Virus record (IMG/VR): IMGVR_UViG_3300024265_000043
Span: 1-64,000 of that record
Length of the DNA: 64,000 nt
Source of the DNA: a virus
Direction: 5' to 3' (one strand)
Made by a program: the position numbers and the translations under genes. How positions within the stretch are numbered: position 1 is the first letter of the stretch; each line of letters begins with the position of its first letter. The notes under the pieces were generated by a model. The model searched no databases and was not told the origin of the DNA. It saw only the letters and a program-made list of their open reading frames with translations. This document shows positions 50,798 through 59,067 of the stretch, in pieces.

Positions 50798-50946
50798 GAT
50801 TTCTCCAATTTATGTGCTATATGGAATAAGAATGTTAATATTACAAATAGTAGCCCAACCAGTGGGTTTGGCCCCTCTATTTCAACCGCATACCAGATTA
50901 TAGTGAATACTCCAGATATATACCAAAATGTTAATATGGTTTTCAT
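50794..50946 (-). CDS. Small 2-TM membrane protein (not in ORF track)
   Basis: 50 aa MKTILTFWYISGVFTIIWY...PLVGLLFVILTFLF; ATGA overlaps. Confidence 0.55.
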   Translation of the reverse strand: MKTILTFWYISGVFTIIWYAVEIEGPNPLVGLLFVILTFLFHIAHKLEKS

Positions 50947-51359
50947 GGTTTCTCCTTAATCCAGCGGTGAAACGATACTTTGTAAATAGCCCCATCATCA
51001 TTGCGGCTTACAATTCTATGTCCATTCTGTGCATCAGCAACATAACCAGTCCAGCCGTCTTTTTCGGCATCTGATACCGCTTTCTTAGCTACGGCATCTC
51101 CATCCTTATAATCGTGATTCGGGACGAAAATATCCATTGATTTGCGCTCTTGTTCGCATCCAATGTAGTCTAAGCCCATTACTTCTAAAGATGCAGGTCG
51201 CATGCCAAGTCCCGCAATGCATTGGGCGAATTCAGTAAACGATACTGACGCTTCAACAAATCGTATCCCAGATATTTTATCTTCTATTGCAATTTGTATG
51301 CATCCTTCTCCTACCGTATTGGTAATTCTACTAATTGTGATAAGTCCGTCCAGTTTCAT
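50943..51359 (-). CDS. Hypothetical phage protein
   Basis: 138 aa, GAGGAG SD. Confidence 0.65.
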   Translation of the reverse strand: MKLDGLITISRITNTVGEGCIQIAIEDKISGIRFVEASVSFTEFAQCIAGLGMRPASLEVMGLDYIGCEQERKSMDIFVPNHDYKDGDAVAKKAVSDAEKDGWTGYVADAQNGHRIVSRNDDGAIYKVSFHRWIKEKP

Positions 51360-51384
51360 GATTTCTCCTCGGTTGATGTGTTAA

Positions 51385-51777
51385 TTAATACTTGTGTTGT
51401 ACTCTAACGGTAAGAATTGTCCTAGACAACTCATCGTTTTGGAACGGTCTTTCAAACCCAATCGTCTTTGAAACAAAATCAATGCTATGAGAAGGAGGGG
51501 CGCATTCAACGGTAGCAGAGTCTTCGGCAACCAATTCCAATCTGCCATCTAGGTCCCGCAAAAACGCTGAGAAGATTATGCTAGGTTTGTCTGTTCCATA
51601 ACCTATTCTGATGACGTTATTAGTTACCAATATAGAGTAGCCGCCAGGGATAGGGCTTGTCATATATCCCATGTTTGTAACGGCAAACTCTGAATGCTCT
51701 ACTTCTGGTCCCTGTTCTGGCTCAAAAGGAGTAGAGCAGCCAACAGCAAATATAATTCCGAGCAGTAAATGTTTCAT
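51385..51777 (-). CDS. Putative lipoprotein
   Basis: MKHLLLGIIFAVGC lipobox. Confidence 0.6.
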   Translation of the reverse strand: MKHLLLGIIFAVGCSTPFEPEQGPEVEHSEFAVTNMGYMTSPIPGGYSILVTNNVIRIGYGTDKPSIIFSAFLRDLDGRLELVAEDSATVECAPPSHSIDFVSKTIGFERPFQNDELSRTILTVRVQHKY

Positions 51778-51779
51778 GG

Positions 51780-52025
51780 TTATCTCCTTCTTTCCTTGAA
51801 CAAATCGGTTAGCGGCTCCATAAGTTTTTGCATAAGCCGTTCTTCGGCTCTCTCCATCGCCAAGATAGGCAAATCTTCATTCCCTGATATGATTTCTTCA
51901 AATCCCTTGATTCGCCAATGGAATGTCCCGTTAATTTTGTCGTGACGAACGCTCAATTTGAATGGTCCCGTGCTCGCATCCCATTTATCTTTGAACTGTT
52001 TCGCTTCCCAATCTAGCCGTGTCAT
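51780..52025 (-). CDS. Hypothetical protein
   Basis: 81 aa. Confidence 0.6.
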   Translation of the reverse strand: MTRLDWEAKQFKDKWDASTGPFKLSVRHDKINGTFHWRIKGFEEIISGNEDLPILAMERAEERLMQKLMEPLTDLFKERRR

Positions 52026-52276
52026 AGTTTCTCCTCAGGATATCGTGGTTCAAGTACTGCTCGCCTCAGTGTCCTTTCCATAGTCGTCACATTAGCATCA
52101 AGAAAATCGTGATCGCCTCGCAATTTGTTTTGTAAAATGCTGGACGTTTCAATAGCAATGTAAATTAGACTAACACAAATTGTAGTGTAAATGCCTGCTT
52201 CTGAATACACCCCAAATATTAAGAGAACAGTTAAACAAACACGAATTATAGAAGTAATCTTTTTCATTCTATTCAA
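52022..52276 (-). CDS. Membrane protein (2 TM)
   Basis: Two hydrophobic segments. Confidence 0.55.
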   Translation of the reverse strand: MNRMKKITSIIRVCLTVLLIFGVYSEAGIYTTICVSLIYIAIETSSILQNKLRGDHDFLDANVTTMERTLRRAVLEPRYPEEKL

Positions 52277-52294
52277 TCTCCTTTTTGACTATCC

Positions 52295-52510
52295 TCATTT
52301 AAATATAAACCTGCCCACCACCGATGCGACGACCAAAAACATCACGATAAAGGCTAGTATGGCGGCGTTCTTTTGCTGTCTAGTGTATGAGCTACCCCGA
52401 TATGCCTCAGCAAGGAAAGCGGCAGCGCAACCGAGGAGAAAGAGCGCCACTAAAAGTGCCTGAAATGCTCTGGATTGTAGCCAGGTTTGTAATGTTTCAA
52501 GATGTTCCAT
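52295..52510 (-). CDS. Membrane protein (2 TM)
   Basis: Two hydrophobic segments, GGAGG SD. Confidence 0.6.
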   Translation of the reverse strand: MEHLETLQTWLQSRAFQALLVALFLLGCAAAFLAEAYRGSSYTRQQKNAAILAFIVMFLVVASVVGRFIFK

Positions 52511-52703
52511 TACTTTCCTCCTTTAAATATTCCATGCGCCAAGTTGGGTGGCACAACAAAATCCTACCACCATCGTCGGGGCGTATTCTCAAATGGGCAT
52601 TTCTGGCGCTCACAATTGTTCCCCCGCGCCCATCGAAAACAACTCTCCCCCCGCGCTTGGCGGGTACGTCGTAAAATTTTCTGATGTACTCCATTCTGTT
52701 CAT
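52497..52703 (-). CDS. Hypothetical phage protein
   Basis: Y.VPAKRGGRV...G.I...HPTW pattern; AAAGGCA SD. Confidence 0.65.
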   Translation of the reverse strand: MNRMEYIRKFYDVPAKRGGRVVFDGRGGTIVSARNAHLRIRPDDGGRILLCHPTWRMEYLKEESNGTS

Positions 52704-52726
52704 TTCTGCCTTTCTGTTCAATGTTT

Positions 52727-52815
52727 TCGCGCCCCCGCTATTCGGTATATCAGCGGATGTTAGGATTCACTATTTCACCTATTGGCGGATCGCCAGTCGT
52801 AGGACGGAGGCGCGA
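52727..52815 (-). ncRNA. Intergenic multibranch structured element
   Basis: Closing stem TCGCGCC/GGCGCGA enclosing four hairpins. Confidence 0.5.
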
Positions 52816-52829
52816 TGTTTAGTTCTGTT

Positions 52830-53165
52830 CTACGAATAATAAAAAGTTCCGCATTTGAAAATCACCTTCAAATCGTATCCTAGAGATTCCAGCAGATCAA
52901 GCAAAAAGTCATCAGCGTAAAGATGCCCGCTTTCGCAATCACTGGAAGCAATTATCATCTCTAATTTTTCTGCTGCCTTTTCTGGTGATATAGGAGCACC
53001 GACTTCTGGTTTTATAGTGCTGTGCACATCTCTAAGGCTCGTGTAAATCGTTGCACCCTCTCCAGGCTCTGAATTATCAGGCGTTGTTGTGTAGATGCGT
53101 TGATAGTTGCGGGTTGCCGCCCAAAATGTGGTCCCGCGAACTGTGGCTACTCTATGCCATTTCAT
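52830..53165 (-). CDS. Hypothetical protein
   Basis: 111 aa; D.ESGH..AD..L..LL..LGY motif. Confidence 0.6.
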   Translation of the reverse strand: MKWHRVATVRGTTFWAATRNYQRIYTTTPDNSEPGEGATIYTSLRDVHSTIKPEVGAPISPEKAAEKLEMIIASSDCESGHLYADDFLLDLLESLGYDLKVIFKCGTFYYS

Positions 53166-53632
53166 AATTTCACTCTTCTTTCTGCCCGTTCAATCATTTC
53201 GGCGGCAGTGTCTCTTAATAAATCATCCATCATTTTACTTTCAATCTCAATCGCTGATGGGTTGCGATGCCTACTCAAAACCGTTGCCATAAAATCTTTA
53301 GCGGCCAATATGAACGATTTATTCTTGGCGTAAATTTCTGGATTTAGTTGCCTTGCAAGTGATTCTTGGCTGGCGCTCAAATATGCTGTTCCTGTAGCTG
53401 GATGCGGCAGGAGCGCGGGCTTTCTGTGAATTGTGGTAGTATAGCCAATAATATCGCCGCTATCTGCCTTAATGGGAACCTGTTCAATCTTGGCAAATTC
53501 CTTATGCGCCATAACGATTTTTCGCCACCCCTTCACGCTTAATATGACCATTTCACCCTTTCGAGGTTTCTTAAATGGCACAAAGAAAACATCGTTCTTC
53601 ACTAGCGCAAGTTCTTCTTTGGTCAGTTTCAT
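53162..53632 (-). CDS. Truncated RecT/Bet-like protein
   Basis: FFVPF, SVKGW...AH.EF, YTTTIHRK aligns by eye with the Bet at 38675-39658. Confidence 0.5.
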   Translation of the reverse strand: MKLTKEELALVKNDVFFVPFKKPRKGEMVILSVKGWRKIVMAHKEFAKIEQVPIKADSGDIIGYTTTIHRKPALLPHPATGTAYLSASQESLARQLNPEIYAKNKSFILAAKDFMATVLSRHRNPSAIEIESKMMDDLLRDTAAEMIERAERRVKL

Positions 53633-53648
53633 AATTCCATCCTGAATA

Positions 53649-54266
53649 TTATCCCCATTGTTCTGCAAAGGCGTTGGCGATTCCAGGCAGTATCAATGCC
53701 CGATCTTTCCCGCGATTTGGTCCCGGTGACATTTTATGAATGCGTGCCTCTCTGCCATCTACAATATTCGTCGGTTTAAGTAGTGGGAGTCCCTTAACTT
53801 GCAATTGAGTCGCCTTGGTTTCTCCATGTCCGAACATCCACGGTTGAATTATTTGACACAAAAAATCGTCAAGCGTCCCAATTATTTTTTGGCCCCATCC
53901 ATGCATGATAGGGTTCTCCATGACGATTTTCTCAATCTCTGCATGAGCAATATCACGGTAAAACACCGCGCCATCTATCAAATCTTTCCATCTCTGGGTG
54001 CCTCTTTGCACCTTTGCGATATCTAAGTATTTAGTGCTCGGATATAACCATCTTACTCCAGAATTCGCCAAGTATGTGCATGGGGGGAATGCAATCATCA
54101 TGTCCCATCCATCATTTATAATATCCATCACATCGCCTTGATAGTGTGGCCCCGGCGATTCAGTTGGTAAAATATCGCAACTTGTCGCGTCGTGCCCCTT
54201 CGCAAGGAAAGCATTCCGAACACGCCCTGAATACTCACAAGCGATTAGAATTTTCTTGGGGTTCAT
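53649..54266 (-). CDS. Compact DNA cytosine-5 methyltransferase-like protein
   Basis: ILIACEYSG, AFPPCT (catalytic PC), MENP, IQPWMFGH. Confidence 0.75.
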   Translation of the reverse strand: MNPKKILIACEYSGRVRNAFLAKGHDATSCDILPTESPGPHYQGDVMDIINDGWDMMIAFPPCTYLANSGVRWLYPSTKYLDIAKVQRGTQRWKDLIDGAVFYRDIAHAEIEKIVMENPIMHGWGQKIIGTLDDFLCQIIQPWMFGHGETKATQLQVKGLPLLKPTNIVDGREARIHKMSPGPNRGKDRALILPGIANAFAEQWG

Positions 54267-54685
54267 AGCCCTAGAACCGAATCTAAAGTTTCATTAATTT
54301 TATCCATAACCGATTCATATTCATTCGTCGTATAGCCTTCTTGTTCAAGCAATGACTTCGCGCTTCTGATTGTTTCTAGCATATCGTTGCCAAAAATCGC
54401 AAATCTGATATCTTGCGCTGGTTCGCTCGCCAAAACTCCCTTTGATTTATGCAATAAATCCTTAAACCATTCTTCATTTTGGATTAATCCCGTCGCCAAA
54501 ACATCATCGGCTATTGCTTCCGCTGTTTTAACCGTGTCCAATATGGACGAGCGCTTGTTATAAAATTCAATTATTGATCTCCCAATATCCTGGCTTTCAC
54601 TATACAGAGATGCTACACGTTGTTCACCCTGCATTATTATCGCCGTTTGAGCTGGCCCGCTACGTTTGATTGTTAAAATATCCAT
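54263..54685 (-). CDS. Hypothetical protein
   Basis: 140 aa. Confidence 0.6.
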   Translation of the reverse strand: MDILTIKRSGPAQTAIIMQGEQRVASLYSESQDIGRSIIEFYNKRSSILDTVKTAEAIADDVLATGLIQNEEWFKDLLHKSKGVLASEPAQDIRFAIFGNDMLETIRSAKSLLEQEGYTTNEYESVMDKINETLDSVLGL

Positions 54686-54728
54686 TTTATTTTCCTTTAA
54701 TTAATTAGCCAAAATCCAATCATTTATT

Positions 54729-54956
54729 CTAGTTCAATACCTGCATTCTGTTCAGGATCGCCCCTATATCGGTAACGGATCCACCAAGGCTAAAGTGCCC
54801 GCAATCTGCGCATAGTTCAATCAGGCCCTGTTCTTTAAAATTGCCTAAAGCCTTTTTCGCTTCGTCGAAGCTGCACCCTGTAATATCCTGGGCATATGCA
54901 AGAAAGCCTATTTCTGCGTTGCTGATATTGGTTGCCAGTTCTTTGAATCTGTTCAT
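54729..54956 (-). CDS. Hypothetical protein
   Basis: 75 aa. Confidence 0.55.
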   Translation of the reverse strand: MNRFKELATNISNAEIGFLAYAQDITGCSFDEAKKALGNFKEQGLIELCADCGHFSLGGSVTDIGAILNRMQVLN

Positions 54957-54957
54957 G

Positions 54958-55155
54958 CTATGCCTTTGGGTTTCCGAATGGTGAAAAAGGTCCGCCGTTA
55001 CCGCCTAAAGTATTATCAAAGGGCTGGTCATCATATTCTTCTTCTCCGCAATCATAGCATAAATGTGTGTATTCGGGATGGGTGCATTCATCACAAATCT
55101 GATCATTACATCCGCTACAATTAAACCAATCTCCCCTGCATATGTGATTGCCCAT
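54958..55155 (-). CDS. Small Cys-rich Zn-finger protein
   Basis: CSGC, CDEC, CYDC. Confidence 0.55.
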   Translation of the reverse strand: MGNHICRGDWFNCSGCNDQICDECTHPEYTHLCYDCGEEEYDDQPFDNTLGGNGGPFSPFGNPKA

Positions 55156-55257
55156 ATTATCCCTTTGCCAGTATGATGAATAAAGTAACAGCTATCCCGC
55201 GAAATACCAAGCATTGCCAAGGCATCTTATTAAAATAGGCTCTGATCGGTGAGTAGT

Positions 55258-55596
55258 TCACGATTTATCACCTAAGTTTAATTTAGCCCTTGGGTCGCCT
55301 TCTTCCTCGTAAGACTGTTTAATAAGTTCTTCACAAGGCACATATTCACCGTTTATCCACTCGCAAATCCCAAAGTAATCACCCGTATAATAAACATGCA
55401 ATTCTTGACCATTAAGCCATTTCAAAAGGGGCTTTTCTTTGTCGCTCCCCTGTACATCATAAGAAAGCCGTGCCGCATTGTATGCACTGTGATACATGCC
55501 CACAACAGCATTGTCATATAAAATTACAAATTCATAAAGAGACAGCCACAAAACACTTATATGATCATCAATTTTGTTTACTTGCTGGTAGTTCAT
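55258..55596 (-). CDS. Hypothetical protein
   Basis: Start reassigned to MNYQ after AAAGGCA SD. Confidence 0.55.
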   Translation of the reverse strand: MNYQQVNKIDDHISVLWLSLYEFVILYDNAVVGMYHSAYNAARLSYDVQGSDKEKPLLKWLNGQELHVYYTGDYFGICEWINGEYVPCEELIKQSYEEEGDPRAKLNLGDKS

Positions 55597-55618
55597 TTCG
55601 TGCCTTTCTAAAGTTAGC

Positions 55619-55658
55619 GCCAGCTCCCGAATCGAACGAGAGCAAGTACCATACTGGC
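55619..55658 (-). ncRNA. Three-way-junction element, copy 6 (canonical T-loop)
   Basis: - strand GCCA GTA tgg TAC tt GCTCTCG TTCGATT CGGGAGC TGGC gcta. Confidence 0.55.
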
Positions 55659-55930
55659 TAATGACGGTCGTCGTCGAACTCGTGCATATAAACACGCCCT
55701 TTGCCGTCGGTTTCCAGCCCGTCAATGATAGTCCCGTTATCTACGTTTCGGTACATTTGTCCGGTGGTGTACATTGTAACGACCTTGCGGCTCAAACCCC
55801 CAGGATTCCGCGCCAATAGGCACACCTGAGATTTTTTATTCGCGTAGTCGAGCGAATATTCTATTACCGGAACATCTGGCTTTGCTGGCTCTCTGCCAAG
55901 GATTCTGTTAATCACGGATGGCTTAGTCAT
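55658..55930 (-). CDS. Hypothetical protein
   Basis: 90 aa, AAGGAG SD. Confidence 0.6.
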   Translation of the reverse strand: MTKPSVINRILGREPAKPDVPVIEYSLDYANKKSQVCLLARNPGGLSRKVVTMYTTGQMYRNVDNGTIIDGLETDGKGRVYMHEFDDDRH

Positions 55931-55953
55931 CTTTTCTCCTTCGGTTAGTTAGC

Positions 55954-55998
55954 GCCGCCGCTGGTAGTCAACCAGGCAATGAGTACACATTCGGCGGC
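55954..55998 (-). ncRNA. Three-way-junction element, copy 5
   Basis: - strand GCCGCCG AATG tgtact CATT gc CTGG ttgacta CCAG CGGCGGC gcta. Confidence 0.65.
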
Positions 55999-56008
55999 TG
56001 GGTAGAAA

Positions 56009-58049
56009 CTATTTATCTATTGTTACCATCCTTGCATTTACTCCCGTTTGCCTGAATGATTCAGCTCCCTTAAACGAACCTTCTTCCAGTTTTTCAGCGC
56101 ATCCATTGACATCTTCCAGCCATTCCCGAAACTCCACGGCCTTGGCGTCTGTTCTGAAAAATGGGCTTTCACTCATTAGACAGACCACTCGCCCGCCGTC
56201 GTTCAGCATCTCAAAGGCTCTCTTGATGTGGTCAATATCTGCCATTTTCTCAAAGGGCGGATTCATTATGATGCGGTCAAATGGTGAGCAATTCCGCCAG
56301 AAATCCACGTCTAGGAAATCCCACCCGCCTAAATCGTGTCCCTTGGCTTTTAGAATCTTCCGAAGGGTAGAATTTACCTCCACGGTTTTTAAATATGCGT
56401 TGGGCCACAATTCCTTGATAGCGTCGGCAATATCGCCCTTGCCCGCCGATGGCTCTAAAATGGTGTTGCTCTCTTCAATGGCTGCTCTCTCAATCATCAA
56501 ATCAATTACAGGGCGTGGAGTGGGGAAAAATCCGTCTATTTTGCACCCGATTAATTCCCGTTCAAGTTCTGCAATTGTTCGCGCCTTAATCTCCGCTTCT
56601 GTTGGTGGCTTAATATATGCCTCCAGCGCTGCCATGACTTCGGCGGAATTAGATTCCTTCACACCTGCCTTTTTCGTTCTGTCGGTCCCGTACCATTTCC
56701 AACCCTCGGGATGATAAGAGGCACGGGCGGCATTATCTAAAATATCAGCGATAACCGCCTTGGATCTGATAGCCTTTAAACAGTCTGGAAGTGTTCCCGC
56801 TTCGATATCATTAGCAAGACCGTAGAGCACAGATTGAATTTTTTGCAATCGTTCGCCGTCTTTTCGCATGGATTCGGCAATCCTTGCCCGCCTAGCTGTT
56901 GGGTTCTGCTGGCTGACTCCAGAATTAAATTTCCCGTCAATTTGTGCGGTCATCTTGTCGGCCATTGCCCGCAATTTATCGCCGTTCTCTTTTATCAAGG
57001 TTTCCCCCTTCGGCCTGGTGGACTTGGCGGTCTGTTCTACTGCTTGCCCTGCCAGTTCCTCAGCTAATAGCCTTTGCTGTTCGTGGTCCTTGGCATACCA
57101 AAAGCCGTATTTCCGATGCCAACGAAAGCCAGTATTTTTTAAACGATCCCTGATTTCTGCCGAAGGTTTGGCCGTGAATATCAATTCAATACCGTTTTTA
57201 TTTGGATTCTCTCGCAATTCGCAAAGTGCGCTCGTGCTGGTTGCCTGTTCTTTGGGTGCCTGTTCTGGTTTTGCGTCGGTTTTGGGTAGTTGGTTTCCCC
57301 CCTCTTCCATAATAATCAGCGCCAATTGATCCACATAATGAGAGCCTTGCAGGTCATATTTGCGAATTTCCCACCCTGTATCATGTCGATAACCGCCTTT
57401 GAGGAAATAGCCCGCACCCATCGAATACTTTTGGCGGTGTTCTTGCTTTTTGTCGTCGCCTGTTAGGTGTTGAACCTCTTCAAAGCCTGAAGCCTTGGCA
57501 ATTTTCCGCATTTCTGAGAAAATATCGCGATTGTGCCCGCTGAATCCTAACAACACCGCTCGCACTTCACGAGAACCGAAATAATCGCTCTGCATGTCGC
57601 TGGTATCTTCTTTATAGATAGCAACGATTGCCCCTTTGGTGCCTATTGGCATCAGTTCAGCCAGCAATATTTTGCCCTGTTCTCGCTTGGTCTCTCGATC
57701 TTCCAGTGGTCTCTCGATCTTCCAGTGCTCGCTCGTTGTTCTGCTTGCGCTGCTCTTTTGCCCTCATAGCAATATCACGCGCCGCCAAAGCTTCTTCTGC
57801 TGTTCTCATTTCGCCAGTTAGACGGAATCCATAGCGGTTGCCTCCCACTGGCTCAATTTGGCTATGTGCAACTTGTGTGGTGCCAGGCGTGTCGGTCCAG
57901 GCAATGTTTATCATGTTACCCACTTCAAAGATGATACCTTTATCATGGGTGCCCCTGTTCTCATATTGAACGACTGCACCAACTTTAAGGCCTTCGGCGG
58001 TGTTCGGCTGATGCCCGTTGTTCATATCAAAAATACTAATGACTGTCAT
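56009..58049 (-). pseudogene. Polyvalent protein with C-terminal N6-adenine methyltransferase, split by a 19-bp duplication (ORFs 57657-58049 and 56009-57667)
   Basis: FFPTP, LEPSAGKG, IMNPPF; removing one repeat copy fuses both ORFs into 673 aa. Confidence 0.75.
57688..57727. repeat. Perfect 19-bp tandem duplication
   Basis: GTCTCTCGATCTTCCAGTG at 57690-57708 and 57709-57727. Confidence 0.95.
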
Positions 58050-58059
58050 GTTTTGCCCT

Positions 58060-58662
58060 TTATGCGCCTAGTTTTGCTAGTGTGGTTTTGGTTGCTTCGC
58101 CATTTTCCAGCATGTCCTCTAGTTCGTCACGGTGGCGCGTATCGCCTATCCTGTTATGGCTGTGGTTAATCTCATTCCCTCTATTAAATAACACTGAATG
58201 AGTTATTGCCCCGTCATTGACCGCAATCACTGTAGAACCAATAATATAATATTCCACCGTGTGAAAGATTGCCGTAATATCAGCGGCCAATTCCCGCACG
58301 TTATCAAGTGCCGTTTTTGGAGGTTGCGCCATGTCTGCGCATGCTTCCCTTACTTGTGGGGTTGCTAAATATCTTTCAGCCTGTTCTAAGACATTAACCA
58401 CGTTATTTAATGGATGATGTTCATCAAGTAAGATAAAGACATAACCGCCACCGCATTTTTCGCCACCAATCATGGTCGAACCAAGAAGGCAATATCGCAC
58501 TCGCATTTCTTTGGCCGCTTGTTCGTGACATTCCTCAATCCTTTTGGACATGTCGCGGTCAATTATTACTGTTTCATTATCCCAGGTTGCTTTAATCCTA
58601 GAGCCGTGATAATCATCAGGCCCTAAAAATTCTGTTTGAATCACGTAACTATCCGTTATCAT
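58060..58662 (-). CDS. Hypothetical phage protein
   Basis: IQTEFLGP....GSRIKAT N-terminal motif. Confidence 0.65.
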   Translation of the reverse strand: MITDSYVIQTEFLGPDDYHGSRIKATWDNETVIIDRDMSKRIEECHEQAAKEMRVRYCLLGSTMIGGEKCGGGYVFILLDEHHPLNNVVNVLEQAERYLATPQVREACADMAQPPKTALDNVRELAADITAIFHTVEYYIIGSTVIAVNDGAITHSVLFNRGNEINHSHNRIGDTRHRDELEDMLENGEATKTTLAKLGA

Positions 58663-58699
58663 CGTCTAACCTCATTATTTATTATTTTGTTCTATCCGT

Positions 58700-58747
58700 G
58701 CCGCCGTCGGTATCGCTCCGAATCAAGGGCTAAACCCTTTCGGCGGC
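58700..58747 (-). ncRNA. Three-way-junction element, copy 4
   Basis: - strand GCCGCCG a AAGGG tttag CCCTT gat TCGG agcgata CCGA CGGCGGC acgg. Confidence 0.65.
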
Positions 58748-58758
58748 TAGCTGTGAGG

Positions 58759-58986
58759 TTAAACAGCCAAATTCGCAAAGTAAATATCTGCATTGTCGCG
58801 TCTATCGGCTGGAAAACTTTGCCCATAATTCACCCCGTCTATTGAGAAGGTGACGGAAATACAGGCCTTGTTTTTGCGCACACCAGCACCAGCAACGACC
58901 AGACCGTCACCAATAGTCACCATTTTTAGTGGATTGCCATTTGCCGTGGTGCCTGTTTTGATTATTTTTCTTGTCGCCATTTCCAT
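58759..58986 (-). CDS. Hypothetical protein
   Basis: Start reassigned to MEMATRK after GAGGT SD. Confidence 0.55.
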   Translation of the reverse strand: MEMATRKIIKTGTTANGNPLKMVTIGDGLVVAGAGVRKNKACISVTFSIDGVNYGQSFPADRRDNADIYFANLAV

Positions 58987-59011
58987 GATTTTAACCTCGT
59001 TTTCTGTTAGT

Positions 59012-59053
59012 GCCGCCGTTGGATTTGACTCCGTGCCTCCATGCATCGGCGGC
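59012..59053 (-). ncRNA. Three-way-junction element, copy 3 (degenerate inner hairpins)
   Basis: - strand GCCGCCG a TGC atggag GCA c GG agtcaaat CC aa CGGCGGC acta. Confidence 0.55.
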
Positions 59054-59067
59054 TGTTCATGTCCCCC

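Noticed and set aside
52727-52815. Canonical tRNA gene
   Set aside because: No TTCRA T-loop, no 7-nt anticodon loop in position, no CCA
55160-55257. Possible further copy of the three-way-junction element
   Set aside because: Only weak, bulged pairing; conserved geometry not recoverable by eye
56106-57329. Long + strand ORFs (202 and 153 aa) and similar antisense ORFs elsewhere (e.g. 23723-24190, 31892-32299)
   Set aside because: Shadow frames opposite well-supported genes, without SDs or motifs
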